A stretch of 64,000 nt of DNA from an uncultured Acidimicrobiales bacterium (GCA_938021675.1 CALIFY010000010.1:8749-72748); one strand, 5' to 3'. Positions 24,330 through 33,394 are shown, counted from the stretch's first letter. Numbers and translations: made by a program. Notes: generated by a model not told the origin, from the letters alone.

Positions 24330-25841
24330 ATGAACCGCCCGATCCGCAAGGTGGTGATGGTTCTACTCGGGTGTTTCGTGCTGCTGTTCGTGCAACTCAA
24401 CCGAATTCAGTTCTACGGGGCGACAGCCCTCGAGGACCAACCGGCCAATTCTCGAACCATTCAGCGTGATTTCGATCGGCCCCGAGGCCGGATCCTGACC
24501 AGCGATGACGTGGTGGTGGCCGAGTCGACACCGACTCCAGGTGGGTTCTTCGAGGAGCAGCGGGCCTACCCCCACAACAACCTGTATGCCCACACCGTTG
24601 GGTACACGTCGTTCACCTTTGGTGCCGAAGGCGTCGAGCGGGAGTACAACGACGCACTGATCGGGCGGACGGCGGGCCAGGAGTTGTCTGGTTTGACCGA
24701 CATCTTGAGCGGTCGCAATCCGGTGGGCGACGTTCGCTTGACCCTCCGCCACGATATGCAGACGCTTGCCCGTGACGGTCTCGGCGATCGGGCTGGCGCG
24801 GTGGTGGCGCTCAACCCGGTGAACGGCGACATCTACGCCATGTGGAGCTTCCCCTCGTTCGACCCCAACTTGATAGCGGTCAACGATGGGAGCGTTGCCA
24901 ACGAGCAGTGGACGGCCCTGGTGAACGCCGAGGGCAACCCGTTACGGGCAAAGACCTATCGGGACATTTTCTTCCCCGGATCGACCTTCAAGCTGGTAAC
25001 CGCGGCCGCGGCATTGGAAAACGATGTGTTGTCGCCGACCGACCCGGAGTTCGAAGCGGTCGAAAGCTACGTGCCGCCGCTCACGGAGCGGCCGATCACC
25101 AACTTCGGTGGCGCCACGTGTGGAGGAAATCTCATCGAGCTGCTCGTCGTATCGTGCAACACCGCATTCGCCCAGGTGGCGGCCGAGCAGCTTGGGCCCG
25201 GTCCGACCGTCGAAGCAGCGGAGCGGTTTGGATTCAACCAGGTACCTCCGATCGATCTGCCGGCATCGGTAGAAAGTATCTTTCCCACCGATTTTGGATC
25301 AGCGGTAGAAAATCCCGATGGGTTCCCGGCCGGAGTTTTTGAGAACACGCCCGCCTTGGCCCAGACGGCGATCGGTCAGAACGACGTGTCGGCCTCGCCG
25401 CTACAGATGGCACTGGTAGCGGCGGCGGTGGCCAACGGAGGCCAGGTACCGACACCGCATGTGTTGCAACAGATCGAGGATTCCGAAACCAGAGATGTGA
25501 CGAGCACCTACCAGCCGAGCGTGTGGTTGCGGGCGATGGCGCCCGACACCGCCGCTCAACTGACCGACGCAATGATTCAGGTAGTTGAGCGAGGCACGGC
25601 CCAGAATATGGCCATCGATGGCCTGATCGTTGGGGCAAAGACCGGCACAGCCCAGCTTGGAACCGACCCGCCTCGGTCACACGCCTGGATCGTGGCCTTC
25701 GGCGGCCGTGCGAGCGAGCCGGCCGAGTTGGCGGTTGCGGTACTGGTGGAGGGCCAGGAGGGCTCGTCGGAGCAAACCGGTGGGCGGGTAGCGGCGCCTA
25801 TTGCGCGCTCGCTGTTCGAGCAGTTCTTTAGCTCGCAGTGA
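24330..25841 (+). CDS. pbpA: Class B penicillin-binding protein (transpeptidase)
   Basis: N-terminal TM helix. Active-site motifs STFK (PGSTFKLVTAAAAL), SCN and KTG (GAKTGTAQ). Confidence 0.9.
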   Translation: MNRPIRKVVMVLLGCFVLLFVQLNRIQFYGATALEDQPANSRTIQRDFDRPRGRILTSDDVVVAESTPTPGGFFEEQRAYPHNNLYAHTVGYTSFTFGAEGVEREYNDALIGRTAGQELSGLTDILSGRNPVGDVRLTLRHDMQTLARDGLGDRAGAVVALNPVNGDIYAMWSFPSFDPNLIAVNDGSVANEQWTALVNAEGNPLRAKTYRDIFFPGSTFKLVTAAAALENDVLSPTDPEFEAVESYVPPLTERPITNFGGATCGGNLIELLVVSCNTAFAQVAAEQLGPGPTVEAAERFGFNQVPPIDLPASVESIFPTDFGSAVENPDGFPAGVFENTPALAQTAIGQNDVSASPLQMALVAAAVANGGQVPTPHVLQQIEDSETRDVTSTYQPSVWLRAMAPDTAAQLTDAMIQVVERGTAQNMAIDGLIVGAKTGTAQLGTDPPRSHAWIVAFGGRASEPAELAVAVLVEGQEGSSEQTGGRVAAPIARSLFEQFFSSQ

Positions 25842-25970
25842 TTCCAACGAGGCGAATCCAACCCAGTGAAACTCAACGAAGTGAAACTCAACGAAGCGAA
25901 ACTCGACGAAGCGAAACTCAACGAAGTGAATCCCAACGAAGTGAAACTCACCGCAGCGAACTTAAGGTAG
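25838..25970. repeat. Tandem array of nine 14-15-bp units, consensus G(T/C)GAAACTCAACGAA, filling the pbpA-pknB gap
   Basis: Units as read: GTGATTCCAACGAG, GCGAATCCAACCCA, GTGAAACTCAACGAA x2, GCGAAACTCGACGAA, GCGAAACTCAACGAA, GTGAATCCCAACGAA, GTGAAACTCACCGCA, GCGAACTTAAGGTAG. The array is markedly AT-richer than its flanks. Confidence 0.9.
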
Positions 25971-26068
25971 CGGCCCCTATGTTTACTCAGTCTTGCAGCA
26001 AGAATTTTGGTGAAATCACCTACGCCGCCGCTTGGGCCACCACAACAAGTAGCATTAGAGGGTTGTGA
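25838..26068 (+). CDS. Possible 76-codon repeat ORF (SETQR)n, stop/start-coupled to both pbpA and pknB; coding status uncertain
   Basis: GTG 25838 overlaps the pbpA TGA (GTGA). TGA 26066-26068 overlaps the pknB GTG 26065 (GTGA). The frame is open across the entire repeat. Against coding: its A/T-rich third positions are atypical for this genome. Confidence 0.25.
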   Translation: MIPTRRIQPSETQRSETQRSETRRSETQRSESQRSETHRSELKVAAPMFTQSCSKNFGEITYAAAWATTTSSIRGL

Positions 26069-28218
26069 CGAACACCTCGGCTGCGCGGCCCATTCTCAAC
26101 GGGCGCTACGAGCTGCATCGACGCATTGCGCGAGGCGGCATGGCTGACGTGTTCCTGGCCAAGGATCAGCTACTCGACCGGCCGGTGGCGGTCAAGGTCC
26201 TGTTTCCGCAGTACGCGGCCGAACCCACGTTTGTTGCCCGTTTTCGCCGTGAGGCCCAGGCGGCGGCCAATCTCAATCATCCGAGCATCGTGTCGGTCTA
26301 CGATTGGGGCGAGCATGACGACACCTACTTCATCGTCATGGAGTACATCGAGGGCCGCACCCTCGCTGAGCTGATCGCCTCCGAGGGGCACCTTCAGCCG
26401 TTGAGAGCAGCCGAGATCGCAACCGACGTTGCGGCCGCCCTTGGCTTCGCTCACCGAAACGGCACCGTGCACCGCGATGTGAAGCCCGGCAACATCATGA
26501 TTACCCAGTCCGGCCAGGTGAAGGTAGCGGACTTCGGCATCGCCCGGGCTTTTGGAGGCTCGGACGACGAGCTCACCCAAACCGGCTCGGTTATGGGCAC
26601 GGCCAGCTACTTCTCTCCGGAGCAAGCTCAAGGAAAGCCGGTCGATCCCCGCAGCGATCTGTACTCGCTCGGCGTCGTGTTGTTCGAAATGGTGGCCGGC
26701 GAGCCTCCGTTCTCAGGAAACTCACCGGTAGCGATCGCCTACAAGCACGTGCAATCGCCTGCGCCGAGGGCGACATCAAAAAACCCGGCAGTTCCGGCGC
26801 CGCTCGATGCCATCATCGAGCGGTTGCTTCGCAAGGAGCCATCGGAGCGTTACCCGGCGGCCGAGGAAGTGCGAGCGGATTTGCGCCGCTTCCGGGAAGG
26901 GCAGCCCCTCGTCGGTGTTGGCCCGCAACAGCCGATGGCCGATCCGACGGCCATGGCCGCCGCTGCTACCGTTGCCAACAATGGCGCCGCTGGCCCGGCG
27001 TATGAACAACCGGCGGGGCCCGACGCCACTATGGCTATGCCCACCGGTCCGGCCATGGCCGCTATGCCGACCCGGGCCCAGGACACCGGCACGTCACGGG
27101 CCATCATCGACACCTCGAGGGCGGTTCCGGCTTCGGCGGCTGCCCGTCGAGAAGACCCGGTGGAGGAGTACTACGAAGCCCCGAGTCGGACCGGCGTGTT
27201 CGTCATCATGCTGGCCGTCTTACTCGTCGCCCTCGTCGGATTGATTATCTACATCTCGAACTCGATCGAGCCCGGTGGAGGGGACGATCAGGTCGAGGCC
27301 ACCGAGACGGTGCTGGTTCCCACGGTGGTCAACGAAGAGGTGGCCTCAGCCGAGAACAAACTGCGCGATGCTGGTTTCGTGCCCGAACGGGTACTGGTCG
27401 ACGTTGCCGACGTTGCTCCGAATCTCGTCGTGTCCCAGAATCCTGAAGGCCAGCAAGAGGCTGAGCCTGGCTCGACGGTGACGATCGAGGTGAGCAGGGC
27501 CCAGGAGACCGAACAGGTTCCCGCCCTTGCTGGTCAGACGCTTGAGGTAGCGCAGGACATGCTCGACCAGCTCGGTCTCACCAACGACATCCGCCGTGAG
27601 GCAAACGAGTCAACGCCCGAGGGCGTCATTATCGGCACCGAGCCAGGCGAAGGGGCCGAGGTCAACAAAGGGGACCAGATTGTCTTGATCGTTTCGCTCG
27701 GTCCGGATCAGATCAGCGTTCCAGACCTGGCGGGAAGCGATCGCCCAACGGCCACTGCCGTGTTGAACGAAGCCGGTTTCTCCAACATCAGCTTTGTGGA
27801 GGAGGCGACGGGGCAGGTGCAGCAGGGCTCGGTCATTCGCACCGAACCGGCCGCTGGTCAACAAGAATCGATCGAGAACGTCATCACCGTGTTCGTGTCG
27901 AGCGGTCCGAGCCAGGTTCAGGTGCCACAACTCCAAGGGCTGGCCCAAGAGGCCGCCATCGCCGCACTTGAGGGCGTCGAACTAGAGCCGGTGTTCGAAG
28001 AGTTCCCGTTGCAGCCCGGCGACCCCAACATCGGGCTGGTCATAGACAGCAACCCGACCGCCGGTAACCAGGTGTTACAAGGGCAGCAGATCCGAGTATT
28101 CGTTGGTGTCGAGTCGACTGACGCGACGTCAACGACCAAACCCGGCGATGGCGACGGTGACGGTGACGGTGACGGTACGACGACGGTTGTACCGACCACA
28201 CCTCCCCCCGACAACTAG
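26065..28218 (+). CDS. pknB: Transmembrane Ser/Thr protein kinase with four extracellular PASTA domains
   Basis: Kinase motifs GRYELHRRIARGGMADVF, VAVKVL, HRDVKPGNIM, DFGIA and SPEQ. TM helix VFVIMLAVLLVALVGLIIYI. I count four PASTA-like repeats. The C-terminal tail is (GD)5-T-rich. Confidence 0.95.
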   Translation: MTNTSAARPILNGRYELHRRIARGGMADVFLAKDQLLDRPVAVKVLFPQYAAEPTFVARFRREAQAAANLNHPSIVSVYDWGEHDDTYFIVMEYIEGRTLAELIASEGHLQPLRAAEIATDVAAALGFAHRNGTVHRDVKPGNIMITQSGQVKVADFGIARAFGGSDDELTQTGSVMGTASYFSPEQAQGKPVDPRSDLYSLGVVLFEMVAGEPPFSGNSPVAIAYKHVQSPAPRATSKNPAVPAPLDAIIERLLRKEPSERYPAAEEVRADLRRFREGQPLVGVGPQQPMADPTAMAAAATVANNGAAGPAYEQPAGPDATMAMPTGPAMAAMPTRAQDTGTSRAIIDTSRAVPASAAARREDPVEEYYEAPSRTGVFVIMLAVLLVALVGLIIYISNSIEPGGGDDQVEATETVLVPTVVNEEVASAENKLRDAGFVPERVLVDVADVAPNLVVSQNPEGQQEAEPGSTVTIEVSRAQETEQVPALAGQTLEVAQDMLDQLGLTNDIRREANESTPEGVIIGTEPGEGAEVNKGDQIVLIVSLGPDQISVPDLAGSDRPTATAVLNEAGFSNISFVEEATGQVQQGSVIRTEPAAGQQESIENVITVFVSSGPSQVQVPQLQGLAQEAAIAALEGVELEPVFEEFPLQPGDPNIGLVIDSNPTAGNQVLQGQQIRVFVGVESTDATSTTKPGDGDGDGDGDGTTTVVPTTPPPDN
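28144..28176. repeat. Coding hexanucleotide repeat (GGYGAY)n encoding GDGDGDGDGDG at the PknB C-terminus
   Basis: Read directly. Confidence 0.85.
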
Positions 28219-28844
28219 CTGTTTTGGTTGACCGCCGGTTGTCCGATGGGCGCGGTGTTCGCCGCAGAAACCGTCGAGGCCAGCCAGTTGGTGATGAGTT
28301 GCTTGCCGCCGACCGTCAGCACCGATTCGGGGTGAAACTGAACCCCTTGGATGTTCAACTGCCGATGGCGTAGGCCCATGATGATGCCAGTGTCGGTTTT
28401 GGCAGTGATCTCAAGCGTGTCGGGCACGGTGGCCGGGTCGACGACGAGCGAGTGATAGCGGGTCGCTTCCAGCGGGGTCGGTAGGCCAGCAAATACCCCA
28501 ACCCCCTCGTGTCGAATCATCGAAGTTTTGCCGTGCATCAATTCTGGGGCCCGTACGACATCCGCGCCGTAGACCTCGCCGATGCACTGATGGCCGAGGC
28601 AGACGCCGAGCACCGGTCGGCTCCCGGCGACGTGTCGGATCACCTCGTTTGAGATGCCGGCACCGTCCGGACGACCAGGTCCTGGCGAGATGAGGACCGC
28701 GTCCGGGTCGAGTTCGTCAAGCTCGTCGATCGTGATCTCCGAATTCCGAACGACTACCGGTTCGGCGCCCAGTTCTCCCAAATACTGGACCAGGATGTAT
28801 ACGAACGAGTCGTAGTTGTCGATGACGAGAATGCGCTGGCTCAT
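28215..28844 (-). CDS. trpG: Glutamine amidotransferase of anthranilate/aminodeoxychorismate synthase (component II)
   Basis: 209 aa with GVCLGHQCIG (catalytic Cys) and VQFHPESV. It has the conserved position after pknB and overlaps it convergently by 4 nt (CTAG). Confidence 0.9.
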   Translation of the reverse strand: MSQRILVIDNYDSFVYILVQYLGELGAEPVVVRNSEITIDELDELDPDAVLISPGPGRPDGAGISNEVIRHVAGSRPVLGVCLGHQCIGEVYGADVVRAPELMHGKTSMIRHEGVGVFAGLPTPLEATRYHSLVVDPATVPDTLEITAKTDTGIIMGLRHRQLNIQGVQFHPESVLTVGGKQLITNWLASTVSAANTAPIGQPAVNQNS

Positions 28845-28915
28845 GTGGTGCAGCGTAGGGACAATGTGGCACGTCCGCCGTCATTTTCGATCGTGGGGCC
28901 GACTAAGCTAGCGAT

Positions 28916-29209
28916 GTGGTTCGTCAAGACAAATCAAAGGGTGGCCGGACAACCCCAAAGGGCACAACGCCTGTTGGGGAAACGACGCCTGGTCCGAGTC
29001 AAGTCAGTCGCGAGCCCGTAAAGGTCGGTGGGGGTTCGCCAGCGATCGTGCCGGTGATCATGTTTGGGTCGCTCGGCCTTGGGGCGTTGTTAATCCTGTA
29101 CAACTACGTCGCCCCAGAGGGCACGTTTGGAGCGGGAGATAACAGGAACCTGTTCATCGGCCTTGGCTTGGTGTTGGTCGGCATCGTAGCCGCCACTCAG
29201 TATCGCTGA
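28916..29209 (+). CDS. crgA: Cell-division membrane protein CrgA
   Basis: 97 aa. Basic N-terminus MVRQDKSKGGRTTPKG and two TM helices (IVPVIMFGSLGLGALLILYNY, LFIGLGLVLVGIVAATQYR). Conserved position next to trpG. Confidence 0.8.
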   Translation: MVRQDKSKGGRTTPKGTTPVGETTPGPSQVSREPVKVGGGSPAIVPVIMFGSLGLGALLILYNYVAPEGTFGAGDNRNLFIGLGLVLVGIVAATQYR

Positions 29210-29250
29210 GCGCCCACTCCAGGTAGCGATCCCCAGGTTTCCCCCAGGAC

Positions 29251-29374
29251 TTATCAACAGCTTGTTGAAACACCAAGCACGCCCGGCCTACAAGCTGCCC
29301 TTGTGAAGTTGTTACCTGGCTGAGGGGTGACATCGACGGCAATCGACACAGTCTTATCCACAGGTTGTGGAGAT
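29251..29374. promoter_or_regulatory. Two 21-bp palindromes of the same design, 103 bp apart, each with a DnaA-box-like left arm
   Basis: 29251-29271 is TTATCAACA-GCT-TGTTGAAAC. 29354-29374 is TTATCCACA-GGT-TGTGGAGAT. TTATCCACA equals the classical DnaA-box consensus. They lie in the 189-bp gap between two convergent stops (29209, 29399). Confidence 0.35.
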
Positions 29375-29398
29375 CTGTTTCCCGCAGTCGGCCCCTGA

Positions 29399-29824
29399 TT
29401 AGAGGGCGTCATCCTGGGTAGCCGTCAACTCCATTTCGCCGGCGCAATGACGGGGCGGATCTGGCGTCTCGTCATTGGCCAAAGTCATCTTGAGTTCCGT
29501 ACCACATCCGTCGCACCGGTAGGTCAACTTGACCCGCCGCAGCTCACCGGCCGGCGGAGGTTCGGGCACCGGTCGAGCGAACGCGCCGACGACGGCGAAG
29601 CCGATCCGAAAAAGCACGTACATCGCAGCGATGGCGACGGCGACCCGCCACCGACTGAATCCCGCCGCCAGCAACGCCACGGCCAGAGCGGCGAGGGCGA
29701 TACCGAGCGCCCGCCGACGCCGACCTTGAACCCGTTCGTCGCGCAGCCTGGCGGTTGATTCCACCGGAGCGTCGTCGGCGTCGATCCGCTCCGGGAGGTC
29801 TGTGGAAGGCTCGAAGTCGGACAC
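29399..29824 (-). CDS. Small membrane protein with a C-terminal CxxC...C zinc-ribbon-like motif
   Basis: 141 aa. Two TM helices (LGIALAALAVALLAAGF, VAVAIAAMYVLFRIGFAVVGAF), then YRCDGCGTELKM...HCAGEM. No family recognised. Confidence 0.55.
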   Translation of the reverse strand: MSDFEPSTDLPERIDADDAPVESTARLRDERVQGRRRRALGIALAALAVALLAAGFSRWRVAVAIAAMYVLFRIGFAVVGAFARPVPEPPPAGELRRVKLTYRCDGCGTELKMTLANDETPDPPRHCAGEMELTATQDDAL

Positions 29825-29882
29825 AGCAAGATGTTACCTGCCAGTGTTCGCTACTGTAAGACCAGCCTACCCAGGAGCACAA

Positions 29883-31703
29883 ATGACCGAGACGCCTCAC
29901 CTCGACAAGGCACACATCGACGAGATGGTCGCCGGCCAGACAATCCCAATGAGGTTCCTCGACACCGTCGAGGCCCACGGTGATCTGGTTGCCCTCCGAT
30001 GGAAGACCGCCGATGATGCCTGGCAGGAGCTGACCTTTACTCAGTTCGCCGACCAGGTAGCCCGAGCGGCGGCGGGGCTCGCCGCTCATGGGCTGGGGAA
30101 GGGCGACCGGCTCATGCTGATGATCCGGAATCGCCCGGAATTCCATGTGCTCGATACCGCGGCCCTGTTCGTTGGCGCCACGCCGGTCTCGATATACAAC
30201 AGCTCGTCTCCCGAGCAGATCAAGTACCTGACGAACGATGCCGAGGCCACAATGGCCATCGTCGAGGATTCCGGCTTTTTTGAATCGATCAGTTCGGTTC
30301 GTGACGAGATTCCGGCGTTGGGGAAGGTCGGAGTCGTCGCCGCCTCCGATGATGGAAACGGGGGAGCGGACTTCACTTTCGATGAGTTATTGGGCTCTGA
30401 CCCGATCGATCTCGCCGAGGCTGCGACCCAGGCGTCGCCCGAAGATTTGGCAACGCTCATCTACACCTCGGGAACGACCGGGCCGTCCAAAGGGGTGATG
30501 ATCGATCACTACAACGTGTGTTGGACCGTCGAGTCGCTCAAGCGAACGTTTGCTCTCGATCAGTACGCCGGAAAGCGAATCGTCAGCTATTTGCCGATGG
30601 CCCATATCGCCGAGCGAATGATGAGCCACTACCAGACGTTGTTTCTCGGCTACGAGGTGACTTGTTGCCCCGACCCGACCCAGTTCGCCGCCTACGCCGG
30701 CGAGGTTCACCCCAACATCATGTTCGGCGTGCCCCGCGTGTGGGAGAAGATCTATGGAGGGATCCAGGCCGCCCTCGCCACCGACCCCGAGAAGGAAAAA
30801 GCTGTGCGCGACGGAGTGGCCGCCGCCGGTCCGATCCGAGACAAGATGACTTGGGGGACAGCAACGGCTGAAGAGGTCGAAACCTACGAGTTTCTCGATG
30901 CGGTCGCCTTTTCCACTATCCGGGGTCTTGTCGGGCTAGACCAGTTGGACGCCGCGGTGACCGGGGCGGCGCCTATCCCGGCCGAGATGTTGTCGTGGTT
31001 CCGAACGATCGGCGTGCCACTTTCGGAAATCTACGGACTATCGGAAACCTCCGGGCCGATGACCTGGGAGCCATACAAGGTGAAGTCCGGAACCGTCGGC
31101 CAACCCTGCCCCGGCATCGAGGTGAAATTGGACGCTGACGGTGAAGTGATGTGCCGAGGTGGCAACGTGTTTCGCGGCTACCTCAATCAACCAGAAAAGA
31201 CGGCGGAAGTGCTCGATAGCGATGGCTGGTTCCGATCGGGCGACATCGGTGAAATCGACGACGACGGCTACCTCAAGATTGTTGACAGGAAGAAGGAGCT
31301 GATTATTACCGCGGGCGGGAAAAACTTGTCGCCGTCGAACTTGGAGGCGGCGCTCAAAATGATCCCACTCGTCGGTCAAGCGATCGCTATCGGTGATCAG
31401 CGACCGTTCGTGTCAGCCTTGGTTGTATTGGATCCAGATGTGGCCCCCGGATGGGCTGCAGGCAAAGGAATAGACTTCGAATCGCTTGAGGCGCTGGCCA
31501 CCCACCCCGACGTGGTCGCCGAGATCGAAGGTGCTCTGGTCGAGGTGATGGAGGGGTTCAACAATGCCGAGCGGGTCAAAAAGGTCCGGGTCCTCGGTGA
31601 GGAGTGGTTGCCGGACACCGACCTGCTCACTCCGACCTCGAAACTGAAGCGACGGGGTATCCACGCTCGGTATGCCGACGAAATCGAATCGATGTACAAC
31701 TAG
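29883..31703 (+). CDS. fadD: Long-chain-fatty-acid--CoA ligase (AMP-dependent synthetase)
   Basis: AGGAG sits 7 nt before ATG 29883. AMP-binding motifs LIYTSGTTGPSKGV, YGLSETSG, GWFRSGDIG and KKELIITAGGKNLSP. Confidence 0.9.
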   Translation: MTETPHLDKAHIDEMVAGQTIPMRFLDTVEAHGDLVALRWKTADDAWQELTFTQFADQVARAAAGLAAHGLGKGDRLMLMIRNRPEFHVLDTAALFVGATPVSIYNSSSPEQIKYLTNDAEATMAIVEDSGFFESISSVRDEIPALGKVGVVAASDDGNGGADFTFDELLGSDPIDLAEAATQASPEDLATLIYTSGTTGPSKGVMIDHYNVCWTVESLKRTFALDQYAGKRIVSYLPMAHIAERMMSHYQTLFLGYEVTCCPDPTQFAAYAGEVHPNIMFGVPRVWEKIYGGIQAALATDPEKEKAVRDGVAAAGPIRDKMTWGTATAEEVETYEFLDAVAFSTIRGLVGLDQLDAAVTGAAPIPAEMLSWFRTIGVPLSEIYGLSETSGPMTWEPYKVKSGTVGQPCPGIEVKLDADGEVMCRGGNVFRGYLNQPEKTAEVLDSDGWFRSGDIGEIDDDGYLKIVDRKKELIITAGGKNLSPSNLEAALKMIPLVGQAIAIGDQRPFVSALVVLDPDVAPGWAAGKGIDFESLEALATHPDVVAEIEGALVEVMEGFNNAERVKKVRVLGEEWLPDTDLLTPTSKLKRRGIHARYADEIESMYN

Positions 31704-31756
31704 TCGGTCGTTGATGGCTCTGACCGCCGTCGATTCACCTATGCCAAGATAGGTCC

Positions 31757-33394
31757 ATGTTTCACGGAGGAACGCTTGCTGCGAGAGCTCTACGGGCCGC
31801 CGGGGTGGAGTGCATATTCACTCTCTCCGGCGGTCATGTCATGGGCATCTACGACGGTTGCATCGATGAGGGCATCAAGGTCGTCGATGTCCGACACGAA
31901 CAGGCCGCGGTCCACGCCGCCGACGCATGGGCCCGTCTCCACCCGGGCAAAGTCGGCGTCGCCGTCCTGACCGCCGGACCCGGTGTGACCGATGGGGTAA
32001 CCGGCGTTGCCAATGCATGGCGGGCCACCTCCCCGATCTTGGTTCTCGGGGGTCAAGGTCCGTTCGACAATCTCCGCCGCGGTTCCCTGCAGGAGATGGA
32101 CCACGTGTCGGTCATGCGACCGATAACCAAGTGGGCCGACGCCTGTTATCAGACCGACCGCATCGGCGAGTACATCGAATCGGCGATCCGCTCCGCTATG
32201 AGCGGCGTCCCCGGCCCCGCTTTTCTTGAGATTCCCATGGATGTCCTCCATGCTCCGGTAGATCCCGAGACGATTCCAATCCCTCGCTTTCGTGACTATC
32301 GGGTCCTTTCGGCCGCTCCACCAGTCATGCTGACCAAGGCTATTCAAACGCTGTCCCGGGCCGACCGGCCGGTGTTGATGGCCGGTACCGCCCTCAAGTG
32401 GTCGGAAGGAGCACTGGCGTTACGTCAGTTCGCTGAAGCCACCAAGATGCCGGTGTACACCAATGGGATGGGTCGTGGCCAGTTACCCATGAACCACCCG
32501 CAGTTCTTCAATCGGACGAGGAAAGCGGCGCTGGCCGAAGCCGACGTCGTGGTCCTCGCCGGTACACCGCTCGATTTTCGAATGAAGTTCGGCCATTCGA
32601 TCCCCGACAATGCCAAGATCCTTCAACTCGATCTCGACGAGACGCTCATCGGGCAGAACCGGCCAAGCGACGTCGGTCTTGTCGGGAACGTCGGCGTGAA
32701 CCTAGATGCGCTCAACAAAGCCGGCGGCGGGTTGCTCGATTTCACCGACTGGTCACACAAGCTGCGGAGCCTCGAAGACGACGCCGAGCGGGCCTTGGCC
32801 CCTCAGCTCACCTCCGATGAGGTACCGATCGACCCGCTGCGGTTGTGCCGAGAGATCGCCGATTTTGTGGCCACCGACGATCGCATGGTGGTTATCGGCG
32901 ACGGAGGTGACATCGTCGCCCAGGCGTCGAAGGTGTTGCAGGTGCCACCGAAGGGCACCTGGATGGACCCTGGTCCGCTTGGCACCCTCGGTGTTGGCAT
33001 GCCGTTCGGGCTTGCGGCCCAACTCACCTATCCCGACCGACGGGTCCTTATCGTCTACGGCGATGGGTCGTTCGGGCTCAACGGTTTCGAGTTTGATACC
33101 GCAGTTCGATTTGGGCTACCGATCGTCGGCATCGTCGGCAACGACGCAGCGTGGGGGCAGATGATGCGACCACAAGCCATGCTCTACGGAAACGACCGGT
33201 TGGTGGCGACCGAGTTGGCCTATACGCGGTACGACAAGGTGGTGGAGGCGCTCGGTGGTCATGGGGAGCACGTGACAAAGCCAGACGATATCGGGCCGTC
33301 GCTTGAGCGAGCTTTCGCATCTGGTCGGCCGGCGTTGGTGAATGTCGAAATTCGCCAAGACGTAGAAGGCGTCAAGGGCTCTACCTACGTGTGA
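31757..33394 (+). CDS. Thiamine-pyrophosphate-dependent enzyme (acetolactate synthase large-subunit-like / oxalyl-CoA decarboxylase-like)
   Basis: 545 aa with a three-domain layout. TPP motif GDGSFGLNGFEFDTAVRFGLPIVGIVGNDAAWG. The exact substrate cannot be called from sequence. Confidence 0.8.
   Translation: MFHGGTLAARALRAAGVECIFTLSGGHVMGIYDGCIDEGIKVVDVRHEQAAVHAADAWARLHPGKVGVAVLTAGPGVTDGVTGVANAWRATSPILVLGGQGPFDNLRRGSLQEMDHVSVMRPITKWADACYQTDRIGEYIESAIRSAMSGVPGPAFLEIPMDVLHAPVDPETIPIPRFRDYRVLSAAPPVMLTKAIQTLSRADRPVLMAGTALKWSEGALALRQFAEATKMPVYTNGMGRGQLPMNHPQFFNRTRKAALAEADVVVLAGTPLDFRMKFGHSIPDNAKILQLDLDETLIGQNRPSDVGLVGNVGVNLDALNKAGGGLLDFTDWSHKLRSLEDDAERALAPQLTSDEVPIDPLRLCREIADFVATDDRMVVIGDGGDIVAQASKVLQVPPKGTWMDPGPLGTLGVGMPFGLAAQLTYPDRRVLIVYGDGSFGLNGFEFDTAVRFGLPIVGIVGNDAAWGQMMRPQAMLYGNDRLVATELAYTRYDKVVEALGGHGEHVTKPDDIGPSLERAFASGRPALVNVEIRQDVEGVKGSTYV

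Noticed and set aside
25838-25970. The possibility that the 15-bp tandem array is a CRISPR array.
   Set aside because: The units are directly abutting with no spacers and are far shorter than CRISPR repeats. No cas genes are present.
29210-29398. The possibility that the DnaA-box-like palindromes mark oriC.
   Set aside because: There is only one perfect box and one near box. There is no AT-rich unwinding element and no dnaA/dnaN nearby, and the gap is only 189 bp. A regulatory or titration site is more defensible.
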